64,000 nt of DNA from Octopus vulgaris. Lineage: Eukaryota. This document shows, piece by piece, positions 53,593-64,000 of the stretch (positions are counted from its first letter, which is position 1; the number at the start of each line of letters is the position of its first letter). The stretch covers positions 104,904,001 to 104,968,000 of the forward strand of contig OX597823.1 in NCBI GenBank assembly GCA_951406725.2, written 5' to 3'. The notes beneath the pieces are model-generated. The model did not search any database, had not been told where the DNA came from, and was given only the letters and a program-made list of their open reading frames with translations. A program made the translations under genes and the position numbers.

Positions 53593-54022
53593 ATTTAAAA
53601 ATAGGATAAAATCTTTATAAGAACTTATCAAGTAGTCAGCGTGAAAAACCTCATAAGAGAAAAAATCCACCAATTTTTCCACTTAAATATATGTATTTAT
53701 ATTATATAGAGGGCATTACTACACTTAAATGCCACACGCTAGGAGGGACTCTTAAAGTCAAAACTACTAAAATAAATAAAGATCGTACCGAATGCAACTT
53801 TCAAAGCAAGTCCTTTAAAAACAGAATTTAGCTGCAAATCACCGTGATTTCATAATTAGTGCAGTGGTGCACTCTTTACTCATCAGTGCAAGCATAATTC
53901 AAGATTTATAATGAATGAACAAAATCAAAATATGTGTTTATTTATTTTAGTAGTTTTGACTTTAAGAGTCTCTCCTAGCATGTGGCATTTATGTGTTGTA
54001 ATGCCCTCTATTATAATATATA
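53593..54022 (-). mobile_element. fold-back element D with a complete hammerhead in the loop
   Basis: Arms 53698-53780 and 53937-54020. Tail 53593-53697 reads TTGATAAG...ATTTTATCCT on minus. (TA)n flanks. Confidence 0.85.
53831..53893 (-). ncRNA. type I hammerhead ribozyme, intact core
   Basis: gcttgca-CTGATGA-gtaa..agtgca(ccac)tgcact..ttat-GAA-ATCAC-G-GTGAT-T-tgcagc. All three stems pair; AUU cleavage triplet. Confidence 0.8.
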
Positions 54023-54025
54023 TAC

Positions 54026-54073
<48 letters not shown>

Positions 54074-54104
54074 GTGTGTGCATAGATATACATACACACA
54101 GAGA

Positions 54105-54184
54105 AGTTCTGAGGAAGATATACAGTGATGACAAGCACTCAGCTCTGAGTGCACTGCATCTCATAGCAGAAACAGGTGTAAGCT
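54105..54184 (+). ncRNA. hammerhead-like motif with irregular stem II
   Basis: agtt-CTGAGGA-agatatacagtg...cactgcatct(catagca)-GAAAC-AGGT-GTA-agct. Confidence 0.5.
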
Positions 54185-54339
54185 AATGAAGTTGATCAAA
54201 TAATTCTTGTTCCAAATCCTCTCTTTAATTTCATATTAATCTCTGTACACTCCTAATGCTTTATTCTGAAGCATATGTATTTTGAGTTCTTACACCATGT
54301 TATTAGTATTACTACGTTCAAGTGAAATCTTGGTATACA

Positions 54340-54396
<57 letters not shown>

Positions 54397-54417
54397 ACAC
54401 ACACACTCACACACACA

Positions 54418-55050
54418 TATGGTCAGGTTGTTGGCAACTGGACCAGCACCCTAGCCACGATTGCCTGGTGAGGAGGGTTGCTAGAAACCCAGCAAGATTA
54501 AAAGCAAGACCTGTCAAAGGGATTGATGAGCCTAATGTAGGTTCCACAACTCTTTAGCAAAAGCATGGGCCTACAGAAATTCTGGGTTAGTGTCCAGCAT
54601 ATTGGGAACATCGCTGGGAGTGAGGCACCTCTTGGCTTTTGTTAAAACATGCTTTTAGGAGGCATGCAGAGAATGGCATCGAACATTTTGGGAATCTTTT
54701 GCTTGAGCTTAAGAGGATGGCACACTCACACTTCTGAGTCTGCAATTCATATTGGCACTGGATATCTTGCCCTGCTTTGTCTCTGAATAATGACAATATA
54801 ATGGAAAGGATCTGTGAGGTACTGTGCATGCCTTATTGGACCTAGAATTTTAGGGTGTGCAATAGCTTGTGTGGTGACTATCTGATGCCTTGTCGAGTAG
54901 AAGGGTACCATGGTGAGCATGGAATCTGTGGATGCAAACCCAGGTGAAGCTGACTGTTGGTGCAATAACCTTACATAGTCATTACTGGCATTTGGTATGA
55001 ACAATGATCAGTGATAATCTTCCTCAGTTACAAGCAGATAGCCATCAATC
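54418..55050 (+). mobile_element. interspersed repeat homologous to 41640-42352
   Basis: Alignment by eye (GCCTGGTGAGGAG, CAGAAATTC, CACCTCTTxGCTTTTG, GCCTTATTGGACCT, CTGTTGGTGCAATAA). Confidence 0.75.
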
Positions 55051-55052
55051 AA

Positions 55053-55105
<53 letters not shown>

Positions 55106-55932
55106 GTATATATACATATAATACATACAATTGTCTGTTGTGGTATGGTTTCTACAGCTGGGATGCCCTTCCTTGTGCCAACCACTTGACAGAGTGTACT
55201 CGGTGCTTTTCACATGCCACCAGTTCAGGTGACCTTATGCAGTACAGGCATGGATGCGTTTATGCAGCATCAGCATGTTGTATGGAATATCATTGACTGC
55301 AGCCATGCTAGAGCACTGCCTTGAGGGATTTTAGTTGAACAAATCAACCCCAGGACTTTCATTTAAGCCTAGTACATATTCTGTCAGTCTCTTTTGCCAG
55401 ACTGCAAAGTTCTTACCACAGCCACACAACTATACAAGTTCTTTTTGTGAATCATATACTAGCATCTTTCCCACTGGATGCAGAGTAGCTGAAAGGTTAA
55501 GAAGTTTGCTGACAACTACCAGGCCACATGTTCAATCCCCATTTCATGGCATCATGGACAAGAGTCATTTGCAATAGCTGCAAAACTGACCCAGGCCTTG
55601 AGAGTGAAACTGGGTAGACGGAAACTGTGTGGAATCCCTTCAGCTGGATTGTACTTGTAATTCAAAGATACAGCCTTGTCACGTACTATGTCATGTTGAT
55701 TCTGCCTGAGAACTACGTTAAGTGTACATGTTGTTTGTGGAGTACTCGGCCAGTTACACACTAATTCAATTTTTTCAAGTATTTCAGTTCACTGAACAAC
55801 CAAACATTGCCTTTCAATACCTTTGGAGACCCATATCTCTTCAGTTCTTCACAATTCTTCTATGACAATTTCCAGTCAGCCAGAAGTATGGTCTACAGAA
55901 CAAATAACCTTTATAATTTCTTAATCGCTTAA

Positions 55933-56139
55933 CTCCTTTATCATTCAGATTAATCTGTTGAATCTAAGGCTTATTTATTCACATTGTTTTGAATTGATTA
56001 TAAATTCTCTTGTAGCTTTGAGATTTTGCTGATGTGATTACTCATTTCACTGTAGGTGAGAGAGACTGAATCTGGCTGGTCTGAACCTGAAACAAATGGA
56101 ATATTTGGGCCTGAAATGGCCAGTTTAAATGCTAAAGGG
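55933..56139. mobile_element. piggyBac-like MITE
   Basis: TTAA|CTCCTTTATCATTCA ... TAAATGCTAAAGGG|TTAA. Confidence 0.7.
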
Positions 56140-56389
56140 TTAAATCAACAGTTCTCAAACAGAGCTTTAACAACCACTTCAGGATGGGGTAAACATGAAA
56201 GGAGTACTGTGGGTGGTGCAGATAGAGTGTGAGTTGCCTAGGGCAAGTCCTGAGTTTGCCACTTCCCCGAGTTTGTCCTCCCCCACAGTTTACTGCTTGT
56301 ACAGGCTCATGCAACAGACCCAAAAGTGTCGTTCTTATGGAAGCATTAACCAAGGTGGACCACCTGCAGTGTAATCTGAGGACATGTAC

Positions 56390-57006
56390 TGAGAGTGATA
56401 AAGATCAAGCATCCAGTCAAAATCATGGTGTTTGGAGTGATTACTAATAATGGTGACATTATACCCCCATTCATCTTCCCACACAGCTTCAAACTCAACA
56501 CGGAGGCCTAGATCAAGTGCCTGGAGGAGATAGTGCTGTCCTGGGTCAAGAGAGTGGCTGTTGGAAGAGTCTATGTTTAGCAACAGGACCCTGCACCAAA
56601 CCACACAAGCAGGAGAACCCAGTCATGGCTGTTAGATAATTTTTGTGACCACATCACCCCTAACAGCTGACCATCTAACTCCCCAGACTGCAACCCCCTT
56701 GATTATTATGTGTGGGGTGCAGTTGAGCAAGAGACCAACAAAACTCCTTGTAACACCAAAGATGAAGGTAAGGATTATGGCAGCATTCGCCACCTTAAAC
56801 AAGGAGACTGTCCAGAAGGGTTGCAGGAGATTCCAAAGTCGTCTGGAAGCCATGGTTGAAGCTAATGGTGATTTTATTGAATAAATTTATTCTTTAGTAT
56901 TTCAAGATATTTTATGCAGTTTTGGTAAATATATCTGTTAAAATGAGATGTCAGTGTTATTTTCATTTTTGCATAATTTAGACGATAATTAATTCACCAC
57001 ACCCTA
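56390..57006 (+). pseudogene. Tc1/mariner DD37D (maT-like) transposase 3' part plus TIR
   Basis: HPVKIMVFGVITNNG...QQDPAPNHTS...SPDCNPLDYYVWG (37 residues between the D residues)...RLEAMVEANGDFIE*. Ends CACCACACCCTA|TA. Confidence 0.88.
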
Positions 57007-57355
57007 TATATATAAATTCATTTCATAATATATGTATTTAACTAATTCGGTAGTAATCATAAAAAAAGATCCTTAATGTATCAGGCTGCTAATCACATAA
57101 AATGTATAATCCAATACAACAGAAAAACAAGCTTATTATCTGTATTAATTTATAAATTGTATAATCAATACCATATAGAATTAGTACAGACATGTAAATA
57201 ATATATTACTTATGATAAAATATTAATAAAATATTACTTATGATAAATAAATTATTAGTACATGTTGGTAAGCTGCAAAACAATTGTAGTTGAATATGGA
57301 TATCCAATGGTAAAATAAATTTTATCCATTGTATACTTCCTTGCTTTATTTATAA

Positions 57356-57705
57356 CAAGCAGTATCACCTGGCGTTGCTCAGGTTTGTTTCGACCCTTTA
57401 GAATTGGAATTTTTGAAAAGTAAAATTTTGCATAGCTTGTTATTCGCTTTAAGTGAACATTTTTCTGGTTGAAATACACCGAAAAATGGCGACACATAGA
57501 AAAGAAAGCACCTTTTTGATGTAAATAATTTTTGGTGTTAACATGGTCCGATTTGAATTTTTCTTCAACGGAGGGAAGAGCAAACCTTCTTCTATCATAC
57601 CCTCAATTTTGGTCAACTTGTGCTGCAGGGTCTTGGAGGAGATAGCGTTAGTTGAAGGCTACCAAACCTGCCACACAGACAACTTCAGCTTTATATATAG
57701 AGAGA
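57356..57705 (-). mobile_element. non-autonomous Helitron
   Basis: Minus strand starts a|TCTCTCTATATATAAA and ends with hairpin CCTGAGCAACGCCAGG plus CTTG|t (CTAG variant). Confidence 0.7.
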
Positions 57706-57732
57706 TTTATACATACATTTATATATATATAT

Positions 57733-58410
57733 ATCATCATCATCATCATCATCACCATCATCATCATTATCAGCATCATCATTTAACATCTGTTTTCCAT
57801 GCTGGTATGAGTTGGACAGTTTGACTGAGGTCTGGCAAGCCAGTGGGCTGCACCAGCTCCAATCTGATCTGGCAATATTTCTATAGCTGGATGCCCTCCT
57901 AATGCCAACCACTCTGAGAGTGTAGTGGGTGCTTTTTATGTGTCTCCGCATGGGAGCCAGTCAGAAGGCACTGGCATCAACCATGTTTGGATGGTGCTTT
58001 TTACATGCCACCGACATGGAAGACAGTCAGGCAGCACTAGCCATGACTACAGTCTCTGTTTTGGTTTTACTTGACTCAACAGGTCTTCTCAAGCATATCA
58101 TATTGCCCAACATGATCAGTGGGCTGATCATGCGACACTGTCATCGGCCCATTGCTGCAATCTCACTTTACTTGCTGGGTCTTTTCAATCACAGCATATC
58201 TCCAAAGGTCTCGGTCTCATGTCATTGCTTCTGTGAGGCCCACCACCACATCCCATGTCTTCCTGGGTCTACCTCTTCCACATGTTCCTCCCACTGTTAG
58301 GGTGTGGCACTTCCTCACACAGCTGTCCTCATCCATACATAACACATGACCCTACCAGTGCAGTCCTCTCTCTTGCCCTACCACATTTGATGCTTCTTAT
58401 GTCCAACTTT
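57733..58410 (-). mobile_element. RTE 3' end (ORF C-terminus plus UTR)
   Basis: KCHTLTVGGTCGRGRPRKTWDVV motif and (ATG)n tail. Confidence 0.88.
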
Positions 58411-58419
58411 TCTTTCATA

Positions 58420-58622
58420 TATAATACCAGAGTAAGCACAGGAATGTGAAACAAGGTGGAAAAAAAAACAGTACCTGAATACCGGAAGTGGAGTAATATG
58501 CTTTATTAATAAAGCTTCAAAGACATCACAAAAACTGTTACTCAGAGTTTCCCGTTCCCATTCATCAGACTGTGAAACTCTGGGTAACAGTTTTTTGCGA
58601 TGTCTTTGTAGCTTTATTAATC
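58420..58622 (-). mobile_element. fold-back element E with hammerhead
   Basis: Arms 58505-58551 and 58574-58621. Minus strand gt-CTGATGA-atgggaacgg-GAAAC-TCTGA-GTA-ac at 58570-58537. Tail to the left. Confidence 0.75.
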
Positions 58623-58631
58623 AAGTATGTT

Positions 58632-58681
<50 letters not shown>

Positions 58682-58683
58682 CA

Positions 58684-58985
58684 GTTGAATAAGGGTAGAA
58701 ATTGATGTTAATCAATTAAAACCAGTGGCCTAGTATATTAAAAAAATCCGAAGATTAAAATAATTTTTACATACAAAATTTAAAGGACTGACCACTAAAA
58801 GTGGACGGTCAATATGCTAGATATAGATGTCAAAATCGCTATTTTCCACGATGAATGTGTTCTCAAGAATGTGTTCTCAAAGAATGTTTTGTTGAGAACA
58901 CATTCTTCGTGGAAAATAGCGATTTTGACGTCTATATCTAGCATATTGACTGTCCACTTTTAGTGGTCAGTCCTTTAAATTTTAT
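58684..58985 (-). mobile_element. fold-back element C (family of element B)
   Basis: Arms 58775-58866 and 58892-58983. Tail 58684-58774 is homologous to 26175-26260. Confidence 0.88.
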
Positions 58986-59019
58986 ATATACATACATATA
59001 CATATACATACATACATAC

Positions 59020-59079
<60 letters not shown>

Positions 59080-59639
59080 TATTTATTTATATATATATAT
59101 TTATATATACATATATATATTTACAAATGTGTTTGTGTGGGGGTGGGGGTGTCTGTATGTCTTTGTGTTTTATTTGTTCCCTATCACCGCTTGACAACCG
59201 GTGTTAGTTTGTTTATGTCCCCTTAACTTGGCAGTTTGGCAAAAAGAAACCAATAGATACCTGGGTTGATTTGTTCAACTAAAACCCTTCAAGGTGGTGC
59301 CCCAGCATGACCGCAGACCAATGACGGAAACAAGGGAAATATAAAGCACATTAAACAATATCTCTGTCAGTAAATAGATCATGATTAAGACATTGAGTTA
59401 TTGGTGAGTAGAGAATGTGACTGATGATAAGCTAATGTGCAATATTAGCTCCTATTTGCTTAGTATAATCTGTCATATTTGTTTTGCTTTCTCTCAAGCC
59501 TGGGGAGAGGTCGTCTCTGTGGAAGGTATTACAGAGCCACAAAACGTTGGCTGCAAGTCACTGGCTTCAACCATATATTTTCCCAGTAACTCATTTACTG
59601 TCATTTTCAATAGGATGGGATATACATCTAAGCTTGATT

Positions 59640-59958
59640 GGTGTGTGTGTGTGTATGTGTGTATGTGTGTTTGTGTGTGTGTGTGTGGGGGGCGTGTGTG
59701 AGTGAGTGATGTGTGTGTGTGGGGGGCGTGTGTGAGTGAGTGATGTGTGTGTGTGTGTGTGTGTGTGTGTGAGTAAGTGCATGAGTGAGTGAGTGTGTGT
59801 GCATGTGAGCGTGTGTGTGTGTGTGAGTGAGTGAGTCTGTGAGTGAGTGAGTGTATGTGTGAGTATGTGTGTGTTTTTGTGTGTGTGTGTGAGTGAGTGA
59901 GTAAGTGCATGAGTGAGTGAGTGAGTGAATGAGTGAGTGAGTGTGTGTGCTTGTGAGA

Positions 59959-60007
<49 letters not shown>

Positions 60008-60060
60008 TGAGTGAGTGAATGAGTGACTGAGTGAGTGTGTGTTTGTGAGTGAGTGTGTGT
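59640..60060. repeat. (GT)n/(GAGT)n array
   Basis: Seen directly. Confidence 0.95.
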
Positions 60061-61280
60061 ACCTAAACTATTAAATACACGAAATGAACACATGTAACGC
60101 AGATAAATGATAAAGGAAATGTAATTGAATGTAGAGTTTTGATGTATTTGCAATTGACTTCAGAAGCTTTTGATCGTTCCTTTGTTTAGATTGCATTCAA
60201 CACCAGAGTAAAATCTGTTTCTCTATTATCAGTGTGTGGGATAATTTGACCAGTTTGAAAGGGTTGTGTGGGTTTTTGATTATTCACCAATAGTATAACG
60301 TTTTTCTTTTATCCTTTATTTGGCACCATGGGAAATGCACCTGTGCAGGTGCCTTGTGAAAAGCACTGGTGCAAGTGTCGCATGAAAGGAACCCAGTGCA
60401 TTCTGCAAAGTGGTTGGTGTTAGAAAGGGCATCCAGCCATTGAAACCATGACAAAACAGCCTTTTGTTTTGCAAGCTCCTGTCGAATCATGGAAAACAGA
60501 CATCAAATGATGATGATGATGATGATGATGAAAGGGATACATCCATGACCCTTTATAAAACCTCTGTGATTGATGTGATGGAGTAGGGAAGAAGGCATCC
60601 TTATACCAAATGCCTCTCTGGATGCTTGCAACAGAGTGGACCCCACTGAAGGAACCCATATGGTGCCAGGTGATTCAGTGACTTACAATCAAGTAAGACA
60701 TGGTAGGATTTGAACTCATCACACAGGACATCCCATGCTTTAATACTTCCACCATTCCATTACTCTGGGTAGGTCCATTTTTTTTTTTTACTTGATCCTA
60801 AAATGATGAAAGGCAAAGTTGACTATGTCAGGATTTGAACTCAGAAAGCAGAGGGTTAGAACAACTGAACAAATATTGTAAGGCATTCGATCCAGCACGT
60901 TAATGAAAGGAAGGAGGGTTGGAACTTATTGGGTTTCTTCTTCTGAGAATCAGGGACATTTAAGGGAAATAAGAATGGACCTATGAATAATGAAGGACCT
61001 CTATATGGGCAATCAATCTGCAAGAAATAACAGCCTAATTTCCATCAACTAACACCCTATTGAATGAAAATAAGAAAATAAGAGCACTTCTTGATGCAGA
61101 AGCACATTGTGCTTCTTGATCCAGGGTGTCTGGAGAATATAGAGGAGATGGTCATGGCTGGGATGCTTTTGATTATAGAACTGCAATTATGGTTTTGTGA
61201 TTGTTAGGGCATGGGTTCAATTCCCAGGTTAGGCAGTGCATTGTATCTGTGAGCAAAGCTTGTCACTTCATGTTGCCTCT

Positions 61281-61695
61281 TGTGAAGTCCCCGCACTGGA
61301 TGGGTGCAGCTCGCATCCTTTACATTAAAATATTAATCGAAGGAAAGAGTCAAGACTTCCGATTAACTTCAACAGCATAAATATTTATTTCTTGACTTGC
61401 AATGTATACATTCTTCTTTCTGGGCGAATCGGCAGCCTAGGAGCTTATTGCAGTAGTCAAGTGGGGTGAGCCAAATCCTGTCCATTCAAGCATAGCGGAG
61501 ATACGCCATGAGGTAACAGCTTGAGAGAGCTGCTACAACATGACTGTCTTGTTCAGCTGCCGGCGTTCGAGAGAATGATACGAGGGAATTTCGCTGCTGC
61601 TACTTTTCTGCGCATGAGGGAACTTATGGCAGGCCTCCCAGAAGAATCCAACTCTGCGCATGCATGCTGGAGATTTCCAAGATGGCATCACTACA
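61281..61695 (-). mobile_element. solo LTR (415 bp) with 5-bp TSD CCTCT
   Basis: CCTCT|TGTGAAG ... CACTACA|CCTCT. TG..CA ends, AATAAA on the minus strand near 61385, CpG-rich. Interrupts an older SINE (about 61190-61280 and 61700-61850). Confidence 0.85.
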
Positions 61696-62029
61696 CCTCT
61701 ATATAATCAACTTAAGATAAGTACCAGTGGCACCTGGGAGTAACCCTGTGATAGACAAGTGTCCTGTTCAAAGAGGTGTCTTTACTCTCAGCACAAGCAT
61801 CTTGAAAATCCAGGTAGGCTCCGGCCTCATGAGGCTGAATGCTTGAAACAGATAAACTGGAAATAGCATAGCTAATGAGTATAGAAGAGTGGAGGCCTTT
61901 TAGTATCAAATAAAGATCATTAAAGGATATTTGACAAAGTAATCTATCTTAGAATCTTCCAACATAGGTTGATTAGTTGTAATAAAACTAAATATGAAGG
62001 ATAGAAGAGAGTACCTTTTACTGCCAGGA

Positions 62030-62255
62030 AAATGGCTGTGCTTCAAAAGAAGTCAGTGGAAATTTCATATGGTATTGCCAAAGTAAAGTATGGATGTATA
62101 AGAGATGCAGTAAAGTTACAGACAGGCTAGACTTTGTATGCAGCAGATGTACAGAGGCAATAAGCACTAAGAACACAAGAAATAGATCCTTTCTAATACC
62201 TGGAAGTTTTCCTAGAAGTAGCTGATAGCTTCTGATATCTAGGTGACCCAATTTG
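62030..62255 (+). pseudogene. old RTE fragment (decayed PHD and DSFxYLG region)
   Basis: CQSKVWMYKRCS...FVCSRC, LEVADSF*YLGD. Confidence 0.75.
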
Positions 62256-62279
62256 CCAAGTGATGAGTAATCCAAAAAA

Positions 62280-62815
62280 AGAGCCTCCATGTATGCCATG
62301 GAAGCCCCCTGCATGTTGTCCAACATGCCCATTTAAGTTGCCAGGCACAAAGAGCAGGTCCCTGTCATTCATTAACGAGGTAGTCTGCAAGAGAGTGTCA
62401 TAATATCGGTCTTTCTGTTCATCAGGTAGCCCTGGCTGAGGGGCATAGGCTGAGATAATGGTTGCTAACCCATGTTGCAACACTAATCTAATCTTTAGTA
62501 TTCTATCACAGACTCTGTCTACTTCGATTACCTTATTGACTCCTTTCTCTACAAGAAGTATACCCATGCCTCTGAGTCAGTCAGTGTTCCCTGCCCAGAA
62601 AATCTTACACTTATGTTCTTTGCCTGTGAGGAACCTAGCAGAACTTGCTCTCCACCTTGCTTCTTGGATGCAGCACAATTCTACACATCTCTGTTCAAGC
62701 ATCTCAACAATCTCACCAAACGTACCTTTCAGTGTTCCAGCATTAAGTGTGCCAACCCTGAGGGTGTGGGAGGTGTGGGCCTGTGGGACTCTGGCACGGG
62801 GGACAGCAGTGTCAT
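62280..62815 (-). pseudogene. RTE apurinic endonuclease N-terminal fragment
   Basis: LRVGTLNAGTL, LCCIQEARW, GMGILL, DRILKIRL, ISAYAPQ, GNLNGHVG. Confidence 0.9.
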
Positions 62816-62848
62816 GTACCATACACACACACACACGCACACACATAC

Positions 62849-62883
<35 letters not shown>

Positions 62884-62969
62884 CATACATACATGCATAC
62901 ATACATACATACATACATACATACATACATACATACATACATACATACATACATACATACATACATACA

Positions 62970-64000
62970 TACAAGATTGGACAACATAATGGAAATACCT
63001 TAAAATTTCAAACAAATTTATTTTAATATGGGGTAGGACTGCCTTTGGTGGGAATTACAGCTTGGATTCTATGAGGTATGGACTCGTACAAAGTTTGAAT
63101 TGTTCCCAAAGGAATTTTTGTCCATTCATCAGCTAAAACAGTCTCCTATTCTTGCATTGATGATGCTGGAGAATATCGACTCCTTACTTGTTTTCCTAAA
63201 ATGCACCATAAATGTTCAATAATATTGAGATCTGGGGACTGTGGTGGCCAGATAAGATGTTCAACTTCACTAGAATGTCCCTCATGCCATTCAGTAGCAA
63301 CTCTAGCAGAGTGAATTGATGCATTATCATCCTGAAAGACTGCGTTTCTCTCCGGAAACAGTTCCGCAACCGTAGAATGAATTTGATCTGATAAAATGCA
63401 TAATTAGTCTTGACTATCAATTCTGCCATGAAGGGAAACCATTAAGCCAGCGGATTTCCAAGATATAGCCTCCCAGATCATCACAGATCCTCCTCCATGT
63501 TTAACAGTTGGAAGAAAGCAGTCAGGGTCAAATGCTTCTATTGGCTGTCTCCACACGTATACTTGGCTGGTGGTTGGAAATAAAGTAAAGGATGACTTGT
63601 CTGAGAAAATAGCATTCTTCCACTGCTCTAGAGACCAATTCTGTAGGTTTTCTACTCCACTCTAAATGCTTTGCAACGTTTGTTTTTGAAAGTAGTGGTT
63701 TTCTGATTGCAGCCCTCCTGTGAAATCCTGTTTTGTGCTGCTCCCGGCGAACATTTTTTTGTGGAAACTGGGTTCTCAAGGTCATTTAGCTCTACAGTAA
63801 TTTTGGGAGCTGTACTTTAGTGATCCTTTCTAACAATTTGTGTAAGAGTCCAATGGTCCCTATCTGAAAGTTTTGGTTTTCTTCTGGAGCTTTGTTTTGA
63901 TGAGGAGATTTTTCCCTCTTTCTTAAAGGCTGTCATTACTTTCGAGACAGTACTTCTTGATACACCAAACATTTTAGCTGTTTTCGTTACGCTAGTGCCT
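62970..64000 (-). pseudogene. Tc1-like transposon (DD36E spacing); 3' TIR present; runs off the window
   Basis: SRSTVSKV, RAAIRKPLLS, FSDKSSF, TVKHGGGSVMIW, FQDDNASIH...WPPQSPDLNIIEHLW, PTPY*. TIR TA|CAAGATTGGACAACATAATGGAAA. Confidence 0.9.

Overview
AT-rich, microsatellite-saturated eukaryotic intergenic or intronic DNA. The repeat content (tRNA-derived SINEs, RTE LINEs with (ATG)n tails, very abundant (TA)n/(CA)n/(CAT)n arrays) suggests a cephalopod, probably Octopus; this is an inference. I recognise no host protein-coding gene, and almost all listed ORFs are microsatellite translations. Real coding remnants are all transposon-derived: RTE-clade LINEs (one 5'-truncated copy has an open RT frame with a C4HC3 PHD finger inserted behind the RT core), two Penelope-like (PLE) GIY-YIG remnants, a Copia RT, a CR1-like RT, and Tc1/mariner transposases with DD34D, DD37D and DD36E spacing. 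Non-coding elements include TTAA MITEs, a long-TIR MITE, a Helitron and a solo LTR with a 5-bp TSD. The most interesting layer is not in the ORF track. About ten minimal type-I hammerhead ribozyme motifs (CTGAnGA-stem II-GAAA-short stem III-NUH) are scattered through the window. Several sit inside 200-480 bp non-coding fold-back elements built as (TA)n-arm-loop-inverted arm-tail, and one sits in an element linked to a tRNA-like Pol III head. Together these look like a system of non-autonomous, ribozyme-bearing PLE derivatives. All folds and alignments were done by eye and coordinates of degenerate repeats are approximate.
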